In this document: positions 1 through 9,672 of the stretch, one piece after another | How positions within the stretch are numbered: position 1 is the stretch's first letter | Layout: the number at the start of each line of letters is the position of its first letter | DNA from: an uncultured Gemmatimonadales bacterium | GTDB lineage: Bacteria > Gemmatimonadota > Gemmatimonadetes > Gemmatimonadales > GWC2-71-9 | Reading direction: 5' to 3' | Length of the DNA stretch: 64,000 nucleotides | Assembly (NCBI GenBank): GCA_963821525.1 | Contig: CAWGED010000005.1 | Span: 96,001 to 160,000, forward strand | Made by a program: the position numbers and the translations under genes | The notes under the pieces: model-generated | Seen by the model: only the letters and a program-made list of their open reading frames with translations | The model's database searches: none | What the model was told of the DNA's origin: nothing

Positions 1-1
1 T

Positions 2-535
2 GGAGTTCGCACTGTCGGACGGATCGTCGAGGTAGAGGCATATCTTGGCGCTGAGGATCCTGCCTCGCACGCATATGCCTATCGTCGCCACCGGCAGAAC
101 GAGTCTCTCTACGGGCCCATCGGAAGCTGGTATGTGTATCTCTCCTACGGGATGCATTGGTGCGCCAATCTGGTAGCGGGACCGCCGGGCCTGGGGTCCG
201 CGATCCTGATTCGAGCGCTGGAGCCGATGGAGGGACTGCCCGCAATGCGCCGTCGTCGAGGAGAGGTACCAGACCGGGCGCTATGCTCCGGACCCGGGCG
301 GCTAACTCAGGCGATGGGGATTACCCGGGCGCTCGACGGCCACTCAATGCCCAAGGCCCCGATCGTGATCGTGCCGGGCGAGCCACCAGCCGAGGAGTCC
401 ATTGCCACGACGCCTCGAATCGGACTCACCAAGGCCGCGGATTGGCCACTTCGTTTTGCGATCCGCGGCTCGCCATGGGTATCGGGGCCACGGATTCGCG
501 AGTTACCAGCAAAGAAAAGCGGGGGCGATGGTTGA
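2..535 (+). CDS. mpg: DNA-3-methyladenine glycosylase (MPG/AAG family), 5' truncated by window edge
   Basis: Frame open from nt 2: GRIVEVEAYLG.EDPASH...YVYLSYGMHWC...AILIRALEP...GPGRLTQAMGI...TPRIG, all MPG-family motifs. Confidence 0.93.
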   Translation, partial: GVRTVGRIVEVEAYLGAEDPASHAYAYRRHRQNESLYGPIGSWYVYLSYGMHWCANLVAGPPGLGSAILIRALEPMEGLPAMRRRRGEVPDRALCSGPGRLTQAMGITRALDGHSMPKAPIVIVPGEPPAEESIATTPRIGLTKAADWPLRFAIRGSPWVSGPRIRELPAKKSGGDG

Positions 536-547
536 TCGCCCCCGCTT
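517..547. terminator. Probable bidirectional intrinsic terminator
   Basis: AAGCGGGGGCGAT-ggttg-ATCGCCCCCGCTT perfect 13-bp stem between convergent genes, A-rich on the left and T-rich on the right. Confidence 0.75.
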
Positions 548-569
548 CATTTTCAACGCTCAGGACTGA

Positions 570-1235
570 TTAGTACCCGCTGGTCACGTCCTCGCGAGCC
601 GAACCGAGGCTGATCCGGATACCGCCGGCGAAGGCGAAGGAAGCGCCGGTCAGCAGTTTGCCCGAGCTCGGTCCCGTCATGACCTGGGCCTGGCCGAAGA
701 GGGCGACTCCGCCAGCCTTGGCCTGCAAGCCGATGAGCCCGGTCCCGAATCCATAGCTGCCCAGCGAGTTGGCCACCGCGGTCAAGCTGTCCTTCTCAAC
801 CTGGGTGACGGTGTTCTGGGGGTACTCGTTGCCAGTCTGAAGGATCCCGAGACCCACGCCCAGGAACGGCTGCAGATGGCCGCGAAGGGGGTAGGCGACG
901 AGAATCGCCGAGTACTTGCGCAGATCGTTGAAGGTGACGCTCCGCACTCCGCCCGGGGCGCTGGGATCAGCAAACGAAGTCTTCTGATCCTGCGCGATGC
1001 CCTCATCGAACGAGAGCAGGAGGCCGGTCCGCCGAGCCATGATCAGGAAGTGCCCGCCGACCGAGGGGATAGCACCCTTGGTCTGATTGGGCGTCTCGAA
1101 GATGATGGTCCCGCCCTGGGGGCCGATATACCAACTAAAGGCGTCCCCACTCCTCTTCTCCTGAGCACCCAAGCTGGGCGACAGGGTAAGAGCGGCTAGC
1201 GCGACCACCGGGATGATGCGACTGAGCATGCGCAT
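570..1235 (-). CDS. Exported protein, probable outer-membrane beta-barrel
   Basis: AGGAGGT RBS ahead of ATG 1235; signal peptide (MRMLSRIIPVVALAALTLSPSLGA); amphipathic beta-strands such as LQPFLGVGLG. Confidence 0.6.
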   Translation of the reverse strand: MRMLSRIIPVVALAALTLSPSLGAQEKRSGDAFSWYIGPQGGTIIFETPNQTKGAIPSVGGHFLIMARRTGLLLSFDEGIAQDQKTSFADPSAPGGVRSVTFNDLRKYSAILVAYPLRGHLQPFLGVGLGILQTGNEYPQNTVTQVEKDSLTAVANSLGSYGFGTGLIGLQAKAGGVALFGQAQVMTGPSSGKLLTGASFAFAGGIRISLGSAREDVTSGY

Positions 1236-1465
1236 CACGATACCTCCTGGGATTTCGGCGGCACAGGGCAAGGGGGGGCAATCCGCCCCTTGCTGGCATC
1301 TTACTGGGCCCCAGAAATCGCTGATTCCTGATGCCCGGCTGATGCCCTAGATTATTTCGTTGTTTCGGCTTGGGCAACTAGGTTAATAAACTACTTGAAC
1401 TTTTGCCAGCCGACGATCTCTTGACACCACCGAACGGATACCGATACCGCTTAGTTGGTGACGCC

Positions 1466-2665
1466 TCACACTATCGCAAGGCGTCGGCCAACCTTCCGGA
1501 TGGCGTCCAAGGCCTGGTCCAGATCGGCCTTCGTGTGCGCGGCGGAAATCTGACATCGGATCCTGGCTTGGCCCTGCGGAACCACGGGATATCCGAACCC
1601 GGTTACGAAGACACCCTCCTCCAAGAGTTGACGGCTCATGTCGATCGCCCGAGCGGTTTCCCCTAGGATTACGGGGATAATGGGAGTCTCCCCGGGCAGG
1701 GGCTTGAAGCCTGACGCGAGAAGCTGTTCGCGGAAATAGCGGGAATTCTGGCGCAGATTCTCGACCAGCTCCGGGTGTTTTTCGAGGTATTGGATGCTGG
1801 CCAAAGCGCTGGCCGCGACCGTCGGGGGGAGGGCATTGGAGAAGAGCTGAGGTCTGGCGCGCTGCGTCAGATAGTCGCAGACCGCCTCGGTGGCCGCCGC
1901 GAAGCCACCCGCCGCCCCGCCCAGGGCCTTCCCCAGGGTGGAGGTGATGATGTCCACCTCTCCGACCATTCCGAAATGCTCAGGGGTCCCCCTGCCGGTC
2001 TTGCCCAGAACCCCGGTCCCATGTGAATCGTCCACCACGAGGGTGGCCCGATGGCGGCGGCAAATCTCGATGATGTCCGGTAATCGGGCGATGGCACCCT
2101 CCATCGAGAACACCCCATCGGTGATCACCATGCGGGTCCGGCGGTCCTTGGCGGCGGAGAGTTTCTCCTCCAGGTCGGTCATGTCGGCGTGCTTGTAGAC
2201 CGCGGTCTGACACCGGGTGATCGCCTTGGCGAGCCGCACCCCATCGATGATCGAGGCGTGGTTGAGCTGGTCGCTGATGACGATGTCTTCTTCGCCGAGG
2301 AGCGTTGCAGGCACTGCCTCATTGGCGTTCCAGCAGCTCACGAAGCTGAGCGAGGCGGCAGTCCCTACCAGCCGGGCGCAGCCGGCCTCCAATTCCCGGT
2401 GTACGGTGAACGTCCCACATATGAAGCGAACCGAGGCGGTACCGGCGCCATAGTGGTCGAGCGCAGCCTGCCCGGCCGCGACGACCTCGGGCTCGTTGCT
2501 CAGGCCCAGATAGTTGTTGGAGGAGAGCACGATGACTTCGCCGCGTCCTTCCATCCTGACGCGGGGTGCTTGCGGGCTCTCGATGTAGTTCAGGTGCTTG
2601 TAGACCCCGTCTCGGCGAAACTGGTCGAGCTCCGCCTCGATGCGGGAATCGAGCGGGGATTTCAT
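1466..2665 (-). CDS. kbl: Glycine C-acetyltransferase (2-amino-3-ketobutyrate CoA ligase)
   Basis: SSNNYLGL, GTASVRFICGT, LNHASIIDG, TDGVFSMEG, STLGKALGG (PLP Lys); coupled to tdh. Confidence 0.95.
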   Translation of the reverse strand: MKSPLDSRIEAELDQFRRDGVYKHLNYIESPQAPRVRMEGRGEVIVLSSNNYLGLSNEPEVVAAGQAALDHYGAGTASVRFICGTFTVHRELEAGCARLVGTAASLSFVSCWNANEAVPATLLGEEDIVISDQLNHASIIDGVRLAKAITRCQTAVYKHADMTDLEEKLSAAKDRRTRMVITDGVFSMEGAIARLPDIIEICRRHRATLVVDDSHGTGVLGKTGRGTPEHFGMVGEVDIITSTLGKALGGAAGGFAAATEAVCDYLTQRARPQLFSNALPPTVAASALASIQYLEKHPELVENLRQNSRYFREQLLASGFKPLPGETPIIPVILGETARAIDMSRQLLEEGVFVTGFGYPVVPQGQARIRCQISAAHTKADLDQALDAIRKVGRRLAIV

Positions 2666-3705
2666 GCGCCGATCTCCAGGATCACTTTACCGGCCTGGCC
2701 GTCCTTGATGACCTGAATTGCCTCCGCCATCCGATCCAGCCCGAAACGGTGGGTGATCACTGGGCGGGGGTCGAGCTGGCCCGAGCGTACCAATCGCCGC
2801 ATCACGTCCCAAGTCTCATACATGCGCCGCCCAGTCACGCCGTAGAGGGTGAGACCTTTGAAGATCACGTCGCGGGCGAAATCCACTTCGGTGGTCTTGC
2901 TCGGAGTGCCCAGCAGGTTGACCCGACCGCCGAGGCGGGCAGCGGCAAAGGCCTGCGCGTGGCCAGAGGGGTGGCCGCTCATTTCGCAGACCAGGTCTAC
3001 CCCATCCCCATCGGTCAGCTCCTTCACCCGGGCCACGACGTCATCCGACCCTGGATTGAGGGTGACGTGGGCGCCCATGACCCGGGCCAGCTCGAGCCGC
3101 CGGGAGTTGAAGTCGCTGGCGATGACAAGAGCGGCTCCTGCGGCTCGCGCGACACCTACGGCAAAGCACCCGATAGGCCCGCAGCCCAGAACAAGGACCC
3201 GGCTTCCAGCCACCATTCCGCCCTCGAGGACGGTGTGCACCGCGTTTCCGGTCGGGTCCATGATGGCGCCGACCTCGGTCGGAATTCCGTCCAGCTTCAT
3301 CACATTCGCAGCGGGCATCGCAATGAACTCGGCAAATGCCCCATCTCGATCTACTCCAATGATCTGGGTGCGCCGGCAGAGGTGGGCTTCACCGATTCGG
3401 CACTGGAGACAGTGTCCGCACACTATGTGGCCTTCGGCCGTCACCAGGTCGCCGGGCTTGAGCAATCCGGCTGAAGCAGCTTCTCGACCCAGCTTGGCGA
3501 CCTCGCCGGCAAACTCGTGGCCGATGACGACCGGCGGTTTGAGCCTCGCGCTGGCCCAGGCGTCCCATTCCCAAATGTGGAGGTCGGTCCCGCAGACACC
3601 GGCGTGGTGGACCTTGATCAGCACATCGCTCGGTCCGTACTCGGGGACCGGGACATCGCGCAGCTCCATTCCAGGGCCTGGGGCTGGCTTTACGAGGGCG
3701 CGCAT
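2662..3705 (-). CDS. tdh: L-threonine 3-dehydrogenase
   Basis: CGTDLHI, GHEFAG, EGHIVCGHCLQC Zn motifs, GCGPIG, GVTGRRMYETW; adjacent to kbl. Confidence 0.95.
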   Translation of the reverse strand: MRALVKPAPGPGMELRDVPVPEYGPSDVLIKVHHAGVCGTDLHIWEWDAWASARLKPPVVIGHEFAGEVAKLGREAASAGLLKPGDLVTAEGHIVCGHCLQCRIGEAHLCRRTQIIGVDRDGAFAEFIAMPAANVMKLDGIPTEVGAIMDPTGNAVHTVLEGGMVAGSRVLVLGCGPIGCFAVGVARAAGAALVIASDFNSRRLELARVMGAHVTLNPGSDDVVARVKELTDGDGVDLVCEMSGHPSGHAQAFAAARLGGRVNLLGTPSKTTEVDFARDVIFKGLTLYGVTGRRMYETWDVMRRLVRSGQLDPRPVITHRFGLDRMAEAIQVIKDGQAGKVILEIGA

Positions 3706-3711
3706 TGCTTG

Positions 3712-3829
3712 AGGTGTCAGGGTTCAGGGATCAGGTGTCAGGGATCAAAGGTCCCAGCTCGGCGACAGAATCGCCTCCCAAGTGGGAGGGCAAAGTAACC
3801 CTTCGCCTGAAACCTGACACCTGACCCCT
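3712..3829. repeat. Inverted pair of heptamer tandem arrays (AGGTGTC/AGGGATC x6 ... CCTGACA x3-4)
   Basis: Arms at 3712-3753 and 3806-3829 are mutually complementary, with a small internal hairpin near 3772-3791. Confidence 0.85.
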
Positions 3830-4614
3830 CACAGGATTGACCGCGTCATCCCGCCGTCCACCGACAGCACCGTCCCCGTGATATAGCGGGCCGGCTCCGA
3901 GGCCAGGAACACAACGGCAGCGGCGAACTCGTCCGGAGTACCGATCCGGCGAATGGGGAGGCTTTCTCCCATGTCGGCCAGCACGCGATCGACCGGTCGG
4001 CCATCCTTACGCCCGCGAACCTCCGCCAGCTCACGGAGGCGATCGGTCTCGAACAGGCCCGGACAGAGAACATTGACCGTGATGCCCTCGGCGGCTACCT
4101 CGTCGGAGAGTGCCTTCGAAAAGCCGAGGACTCCGGCCCGGGCAGTAGTCGAGAGAATCAGGGCGGAGGAAGGCTGCCGTGCCGCGACGGAGGTCAGGCA
4201 CAGGATTCTGCCCCAGCGTTTGGCTCGCATATGAGCCACGGCCGAACGGCTCAAATGCACGGCCGAGAGCAGACTCGTGTCCAGCGCGGCCTGCCAAGCT
4301 GCCTCGTTGTGCGCTTCGAATGCCCCCGGTGAGGGCCCGCCGGAATTGCATAGCACGATGTCGGGGCCACCCATGGCCTGGTGGACACCGTTGACGAGGG
4401 CAGAGCACTCGGAGGCACGGCTCACGTCGGCGGGATAACTGCGTACTTCGCCGAGCGAGGAGAGTTGGGAGACTGCGCGGTCGAGCTTGGTTCGGTCCCG
4501 CCCGTTCAGGGCGACGCGGGCTCCTTCTCCCAGCAACCTCTCGGCGACGGCGTAGCCCAGCCCGCTCGAGCCTCCGCACACGAGAGCAACGCGTCCCCGC
4601 AGTCCCAGATCCAT
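3829..4614 (-). CDS. SDR family oxidoreductase (FabG-like)
   Basis: CGGSSGLG Rossmann motif, NSGG, ITVNVLCPG, YITG..LSVDGG. Confidence 0.9.
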   Translation of the reverse strand: MDLGLRGRVALVCGGSSGLGYAVAERLLGEGARVALNGRDRTKLDRAVSQLSSLGEVRSYPADVSRASECSALVNGVHQAMGGPDIVLCNSGGPSPGAFEAHNEAAWQAALDTSLLSAVHLSRSAVAHMRAKRWGRILCLTSVAARQPSSALILSTTARAGVLGFSKALSDEVAAEGITVNVLCPGLFETDRLRELAEVRGRKDGRPVDRVLADMGESLPIRRIGTPDEFAAAVVFLASEPARYITGTVLSVDGGMTRSIL

Positions 4615-4632
4615 CGTCAGGCCCCCACGCTG

Positions 4633-6405
4633 CTACAGACCGTATTCCCCCCAACGGCGATCCACGAGACTCACCGTTGCCGGATCCATTTCCAGCGGCA
4701 AAGGGTAGCCCTCTTTCCACGTGGCGTCGATCCCGATCGGTCCGCGATAGACCGGCCGGGCTCCGATGAACTCTTGTCCCGTGAAGATCATGTCCCGCCC
4801 CGGATCGAACCGAGTAAAGATCCCCCAGAGGAGGCTCCACTCTTCGGAGAGATCGACGTCCTCGCTCACCGCAACGATGAAGCGAACCGGACCGAGGTCT
4901 TTCCAGGTCAGCAGTTTCTGGATTACATCGCGGGGATCCTGCTTCACGACTACCACGAGAAAGCCGCCTTCCAGCAGACGGTGGCGCACGACTCGACGGT
5001 CCATCGCCGCGGGGTTGGAGACGTCCCGGGGCGGGGACTCGGTCGTGAGGGCCTCACCGGTGGCATCGAGCACGAGCTTGCTTCCCACATGCATCCGGTA
5101 GGAGGTGTAGTCGAGGGTATCCAGCGGGGCGATCGGCAGCAGCAGCATTCGCTCGCCCGGCTCGAAGCGATACCAGAGCTCGCGGAGCAGCGTGTTGAAG
5201 TTGCGGGGATTCACGTCCTCCCGCACCATGATCGCCACCTTGGTGAGCGAGAGCTGTCCGGTGCCAAGCAGGCCTAACGCGGTCTTCAAGACTTCTTTGG
5301 GATGACGCTCCTTCAACGAGACGCCGAGGAGGTTGTGGAAGCTCGCGTTCTCGAAGGGATAGAGATCCACGATGTTGGGATTCACCAGACGGATGAGGGG
5401 TCCCACCATCTCGCCGACGGCGATCCCCATCGCCTTGTCCTCCTGGGGCGGTTTGCCGACGACGGTAGCGGGATAGATCGCATCGCGGCGACGGGTCACC
5501 CGCTCGACGTGGAATACGGGAAACTCGGAGGCCTCGGAGTAATGGCCGAAGTGATCGCCGAAGGGGCCTTCCATCCGGCGTTCGCCCGGTTTCACGTAGC
5601 CCTCGAGGATGAATTCGGCGTTGGCCGGAACCAGCAGCTCGTTGGACTGGGCTCGAACCAGCTGAGTCGCTTCGCCGCGGAAGAAACCGGCGAAACCCAG
5701 CTCGTCGAAGTCCTCGGGCAGCGGAAGGATCGCGGCCAGCATCAGGACGGGATCGCCGCCCAGGACGACTGCAGCCGGTAACCGCTGTCCCAGTCGCTCC
5801 GCCTCGTAGTGATGGGCCCTTCCACCCTTCATGCTCTGCCAGTGCATCCCGGTCTGGTCGGGACCGTACACCTGGAGCCGGTACAAGCCGTAATTCCGGC
5901 GCCTGGTCACCGGGTCCTGGGTGATGGTCGGGCCGAAAGTGATGAACGGTCCGCCATCCCGGGGCCAGCTGGTTACCGCAGGCAGCAGATCGAGCCGGGG
6001 GGCTTCGACCACCTCGTGAACCGGCGCCCGACTCACCACGCGAGGATGAAGGAACCGCGCACGCGACAGGACTCCCCTCGAATTCCACAGAGTCTTGAGC
6101 GACGGAGGATTGAGGCGGAGCAGGGTCTCGACGAGCTCCTGTCCGATCTGCTGCGGGTGCCGGCCCAGGGCGATCTCGATCCGCTCCATAGTGCCGTACA
6201 GGTTCATGACGAGCGGGAAGGAGCTGCCTTTCGGTCGCTCGAACAACAGGGCGGGGCCCTGGCGTCGAATGACCCGCTGCACGAGCTCGGAGGCCTCGAG
6301 CCGAGGATCCACTTCGGCGGTGATGCGGCGAAGCAGGCCGCGACGCTCCAGCGCCCCGATGAAGGAGCGGAGATCGGGGAAGGGAGGTCGGTCGCGGTGT
6401 GTCAG
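4633..6405 (-). CDS. UbiD-family prFMN-dependent decarboxylase (menaquinone-biosynthesis decarboxylase-like)
   Basis: DLRSFI..LE, WPRDGGPFIT, NYGLYRLQ, EGPFGDHFGHY, GKPPQED. True start estimated near 6405; the ORF-track extension overlaps the upstream gene. Confidence 0.88.
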   Translation of the reverse strand: MTHRDRPPFPDLRSFIGALERRGLLRRITAEVDPRLEASELVQRVIRRQGPALLFERPKGSSFPLVMNLYGTMERIEIALGRHPQQIGQELVETLLRLNPPSLKTLWNSRGVLSRARFLHPRVVSRAPVHEVVEAPRLDLLPAVTSWPRDGGPFITFGPTITQDPVTRRRNYGLYRLQVYGPDQTGMHWQSMKGGRAHHYEAERLGQRLPAAVVLGGDPVLMLAAILPLPEDFDELGFAGFFRGEATQLVRAQSNELLVPANAEFILEGYVKPGERRMEGPFGDHFGHYSEASEFPVFHVERVTRRRDAIYPATVVGKPPQEDKAMGIAVGEMVGPLIRLVNPNIVDLYPFENASFHNLLGVSLKERHPKEVLKTALGLLGTGQLSLTKVAIMVREDVNPRNFNTLLRELWYRFEPGERMLLLPIAPLDTLDYTSYRMHVGSKLVLDATGEALTTESPPRDVSNPAAMDRRVVRHRLLEGGFLVVVVKQDPRDVIQKLLTWKDLGPVRFIVAVSEDVDLSEEWSLLWGIFTRFDPGRDMIFTGQEFIGARPVYRGPIGIDATWKEGYPLPLEMDPATVSLVDRRWGEYGL

Positions 6406-6427
6406 ACGAGGAGGCGGTGTTGCGGAA

Positions 6428-7294
6428 TTACGCCGTGGCGCCGCGGGATTGCCGGGTTGCCACTCGGAGTGATTCGGGTTCGGCTGGCTTGCTGACCAGC
6501 AGCCCGGCCGACTTGGCCTGGCGTCGCTTCTCACCCGGCGCCGGTTCCCGATTCCAGCCGCTGTAGAACGAGACGAAAGCCGCCGGTGCCAGAGATCGGT
6601 TACTGGGGAGCACCAGGTGCGCGCCTCCGGGCTCGGTGTGATCCTGGAAGGTGAGCAGGACGTCTCGCCGCTCCCGAGGCGAGAGAGGCTCCAGAGTGCC
6701 CGTGTCCATCACCAGAACGTGAGCCCGCGCGATGACCTCCGTGGGCCAGCGGCCGGCCGGTGCGACGTAGGTAGTGCACCACTCGCTCAAGCCTTCCTCC
6801 GACACCCGTGATTCCACCTGATCCACGTAGGTCATGTCGCTGCCGATGTATAGGACCGAGACCTCGTGGGCCGCCAGCAGAAAAGCCAATGGTGTCGCAT
6901 CGGGGCCGATCACGACCGCCGTGTCCCCCTGCTCCATGCGGGGAAGGAACTGGAGCGGGCAGCGGCGATCGATACCCCAGTGGGTAGGCTCCCGCTGGGC
7001 GGCGCGCAGCTCCTTGAACTGGGAAAGCCATCGGCGATAGGAGGGAAGCCGAAGCCGGCGATTGATGAGCCGATCCACGCAGTCGGCCATGAGCACTTCA
7101 GTCAGCACGAACTGGGCTTCCTGCGTCGTACCCATCTCGGCAAACGCCTCGTTGGCGAGGTTCAACAACTCATTCCGCCGGAGGCCATTCTTGTAGTCTT
7201 CGATGCGTTGCAGGATGTATTCGTGGTACAACTGCTTGAGCGACGGCAGGGGCCGACGGGGGCGTTGCTGCTCGAGTTGCAGGGCGCTCAGCAT
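6428..7294 (-). CDS. Hypothetical protein, C-terminal half resembling a degenerate SAM-methyltransferase fold
   Basis: 288-aa ORF co-oriented with neighbours; helical N-terminus, then AVVIG...LAAHEVSVLYI...T.PGGAHLV. Confidence 0.6.
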   Translation of the reverse strand: MLSALQLEQQRPRRPLPSLKQLYHEYILQRIEDYKNGLRRNELLNLANEAFAEMGTTQEAQFVLTEVLMADCVDRLINRRLRLPSYRRWLSQFKELRAAQREPTHWGIDRRCPLQFLPRMEQGDTAVVIGPDATPLAFLLAAHEVSVLYIGSDMTYVDQVESRVSEEGLSEWCTTYVAPAGRWPTEVIARAHVLVMDTGTLEPLSPRERRDVLLTFQDHTEPGGAHLVLPSNRSLAPAAFVSFYSGWNREPAPGEKRRQAKSAGLLVSKPAEPESLRVATRQSRGATA

Positions 7295-7393
7295 AGCGCG
7301 CGTTCGACCACTTTGGCAGGTGAGTGGCTACAAGCTCATTGAGTATAAGGGGATAGTCAATAAGCAGTCCTTTGACGGTGGAGCGAGCGGGGA

Positions 7394-7491
7394 AATGCCA
7401 TAAGCCTTAAGCCGTAAGCCTTGGGCCCCGCCAGCCCGAGTCCAGGCTAATGGCCTAAGGCTTTTGGCTTAAGGCTTTTGGCTTAAGGCTA
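7394..7491. repeat. Inverted pair of heptamer tandem arrays (TAAGCCT x3-4 ... AGGCTTT/TGGCTTA x7)
   Basis: Arms at 7394-7421 and 7444-7491; the last unit contains the rlmI stop codon. Confidence 0.9.
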
Positions 7492-8664
7492 TCCAACGGT
7501 CAGCACCGCACCTTTCAGATAAGCCGTCTCCGGGATCGAGAGGATTTCGGGATGGTCGGGAGCCTGCCCCAGCAGCTGGCGCAGGGTCACCCGACGACCG
7601 CTGTCCTCGGCCGCTCGGGCCAACATCTCCTGGAAGGCGGCTCGTGCGACGTGGTAGGAGCAGGAGGCGGTGAGAAGAGTCCCGCCCGGATTCAGAACGC
7701 GAAATCCCCGCAAGTTGATCTCGTTGTATCCCCGGAGCGCCTGGGGCACCGTACTCTTGGTCTTGGCGAATGCTGGTGGGTCGAGGACCACGAGGTCGAA
7801 GCGCCGTCGCTCGCGCTCCCAACTCCGCAGGAGATCGAACGTGTCTCCCTCGAGAAACTCGATGTTGGTCATGCCATTGAGCCGGGCGTTCTCCCTGCCG
7901 CGCTCCAGGGCATCGGCACTCGAGTCGAGGGCGACGACTCGTCCAGCCCTGCGGGCAAGATGGAGCGCGAAGCTGCCGTGGTAGGAGAAGCAATCGAGCG
8001 CCTCGCCGCCGTGCGGGCAGGCACGGGCAGCGAGCATCCGGTTTTCCCGCTGGTCCAGGAAGGCACCGGTCTTCTGTCCGGTCCACGGTGCCGCGAGGTA
8101 GCGTACTTCCGCTTCCCGCACCTCGATGTTCCGGGGCACGTCGCCATGGACCAGCTCCACCCGTTCCGCCAGCCCCTCGTGCCGCCGAACCGCGACGTCA
8201 TTTCGCAGCAGGATGCCTTCGGGAGACAACACCTCGACCAGCGCGTCGACGACCGTCTCTCGCTGGGTCTCCAGCCCGGCGGAGAGGAATTGGGCGACGA
8301 CCCAGCGATCGTAGCGGTCCACGATGAGCGAGGGGAGCCCGTCGCCCTCGGCATGCACGACGCGAAAAGCGGTTGCGTCTATGCCGGTGCGCTGTCCCAC
8401 CGCTCGGGCGAGCCGCTCACGCCACCACGCGCGATCGATCGGGCGATCCCGGGTTTCGAGCAGGCGAAGGCGGATTTCCGAGCGGGGGGAGCAGAGTGCT
8501 ATTCCGAGGAATTTCTTCTTGGTGTCGAATACCCGGCAGAGTCCGGGGTCGCCGGGCGATTCCAGCACATCGCTGCGATAGATCCAGGGGTGACCACGAA
8601 CCCAGCGAGATGCGCCCTTGGCGGTGACACGCGCCAGAGGCAAATCGCCGGCGGTGGGGCTCAC
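7489..8664 (-). CDS. rlmI: Class I SAM-dependent rRNA methyltransferase (RlmI family)
   Basis: PUA-like GHPWIYRSD, EGDGLPSLIVDRY, GQKTGAFLDQRENR, LDPPAFAK, TASCSYH, PETAYLKG; GTG start overlaps aroH stop. Confidence 0.9.
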   Translation of the reverse strand: MSPTAGDLPLARVTAKGASRWVRGHPWIYRSDVLESPGDPGLCRVFDTKKKFLGIALCSPRSEIRLRLLETRDRPIDRAWWRERLARAVGQRTGIDATAFRVVHAEGDGLPSLIVDRYDRWVVAQFLSAGLETQRETVVDALVEVLSPEGILLRNDVAVRRHEGLAERVELVHGDVPRNIEVREAEVRYLAAPWTGQKTGAFLDQRENRMLAARACPHGGEALDCFSYHGSFALHLARRAGRVVALDSSADALERGRENARLNGMTNIEFLEGDTFDLLRSWERERRRFDLVVLDPPAFAKTKSTVPQALRGYNEINLRGFRVLNPGGTLLTASCSYHVARAAFQEMLARAAEDSGRRVTLRQLLGQAPDHPEILSIPETAYLKGAVLTVG

Positions 8665-9050
8665 TTCGCGGGCTGGGCCCGGTCCGGCCGCAGCGCGGTG
8701 GCTCGCCGCAAGTAGCAATGCTTGATTTGATTCGGCGCGAGCCGGCTGTAGGCGTGCACCAGGACGCGGATGCAGCGCGGGAGGGATCCGGGTACCGGGA
8801 TCTCGGTAGCGTGCAGGATGGCTACCTGGTCCCACCCATAGGGTTGGGAAGCACGGGCGGGAAAGGTCGAGATCAGATCCTGAGTGACCGTGAAAACGGC
8901 GCTCACGATATCGAGCGGATCGATGCCATTGGCTTCCACCAGCGAGCGCAGGAGCTCGTCGGTTGCGCCCAGGATCTCCTCGGGACGATCCTGTTCGACG
9001 GTAGTGGCGCCACGGAAGCCGCGGAGACGCAGCGGCAGAGGCTCGGACAT
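8661..9050 (-). CDS. aroH: Chorismate mutase, AroH class
   Basis: RGFRGATTV, FTVTQDL.STFPA, EIPVPGSLPRCIRVLVH, HCYLR.A.ALRPD. Confidence 0.93.
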   Translation of the reverse strand: MSEPLPLRLRGFRGATTVEQDRPEEILGATDELLRSLVEANGIDPLDIVSAVFTVTQDLISTFPARASQPYGWDQVAILHATEIPVPGSLPRCIRVLVHAYSRLAPNQIKHCYLRRATALRPDRAQPAK

Positions 9051-9672
9051 GGTGCAGAATCTAGCGAATCACCTGCGACTGATGCTCGTCACCGATGACC
9101 TGCTACTGGGAGAGCGTGACCCGGTGGCGGTGTGTCGGGCGGCGGAGCGGGGTGGAGTCACGGCGGTCCAACTCCGACTCAAGCAGGCCTCGCCACGGGC
9201 TCTGCTCGACGTGGCCCGGCGGCTTCGAGCCGCACTCCGGGTGCCGGTGATCGTAAACGACCGTCCCGACGTCGCGCGTGCTGCCGGATGCTGGGTGCAT
9301 CTGGGCCCCGATGACGTACCGGTCTCTGTCGTCCGGAGCCTCTTTACTCAAGGCGAGGTCATCGGAGCCTCGGTCGGATCGCTCGAGGAGGCGGCGAGGG
9401 GAAGCGAGGCCGACTATTGGGGAGTCGGGCCGCTTAATGGCAGCGCTACCAAACTCGATGCGGGTCCATCCCTCGGCATCGCCGGGTTTCGACAAATCGT
9501 CGCTCAGGCCGGAGGGCGGCCCTGTATCGCCATTGGAGGCGTGAGGCCTGAAGACGTGAGACCGGTGCTGGAGGCTGGAGGCGCTGGTGTTGCCGTGGTG
9601 TCGGGGATTCTTGGTTCGGCGGACGTGGAGGACGCGGTAAAAAAGTACCGAGTACCGAGTACCGATTACTAA
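9049..9672 (+). CDS. thiE: Thiamine phosphate synthase
   Basis: LMLVTD, VQLRLK, IVNDRPDVA, VHLGPDD, IGAS, ATK, IAIGG, GVAVVSGI. Start is ATG 9049 or slightly downstream. Confidence 0.9.
   Translation: MVQNLANHLRLMLVTDDLLLGERDPVAVCRAAERGGVTAVQLRLKQASPRALLDVARRLRAALRVPVIVNDRPDVARAAGCWVHLGPDDVPVSVVRSLFTQGEVIGASVGSLEEAARGSEADYWGVGPLNGSATKLDAGPSLGIAGFRQIVAQAGGRPCIAIGGVRPEDVRPVLEAGGAGVAVVSGILGSADVEDAVKKYRVPSTDY
9644..9672. repeat. Heptamer tandem array (AGTACCG x3 plus one degenerate unit)
   Basis: Lies at the thiE/mltG convergent junction and encodes the last ThiE residues. Confidence 0.8.

Noticed and set aside
1421..1450. TTGACA plus-strand promoter
   Set aside because: No good -10 at the correct spacing and no plus-strand gene downstream
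8884..9048. TPP riboswitch or leader upstream of thiE
   Set aside because: The region is aroH coding sequence on the other strand; no TPP aptamer motifs recognised
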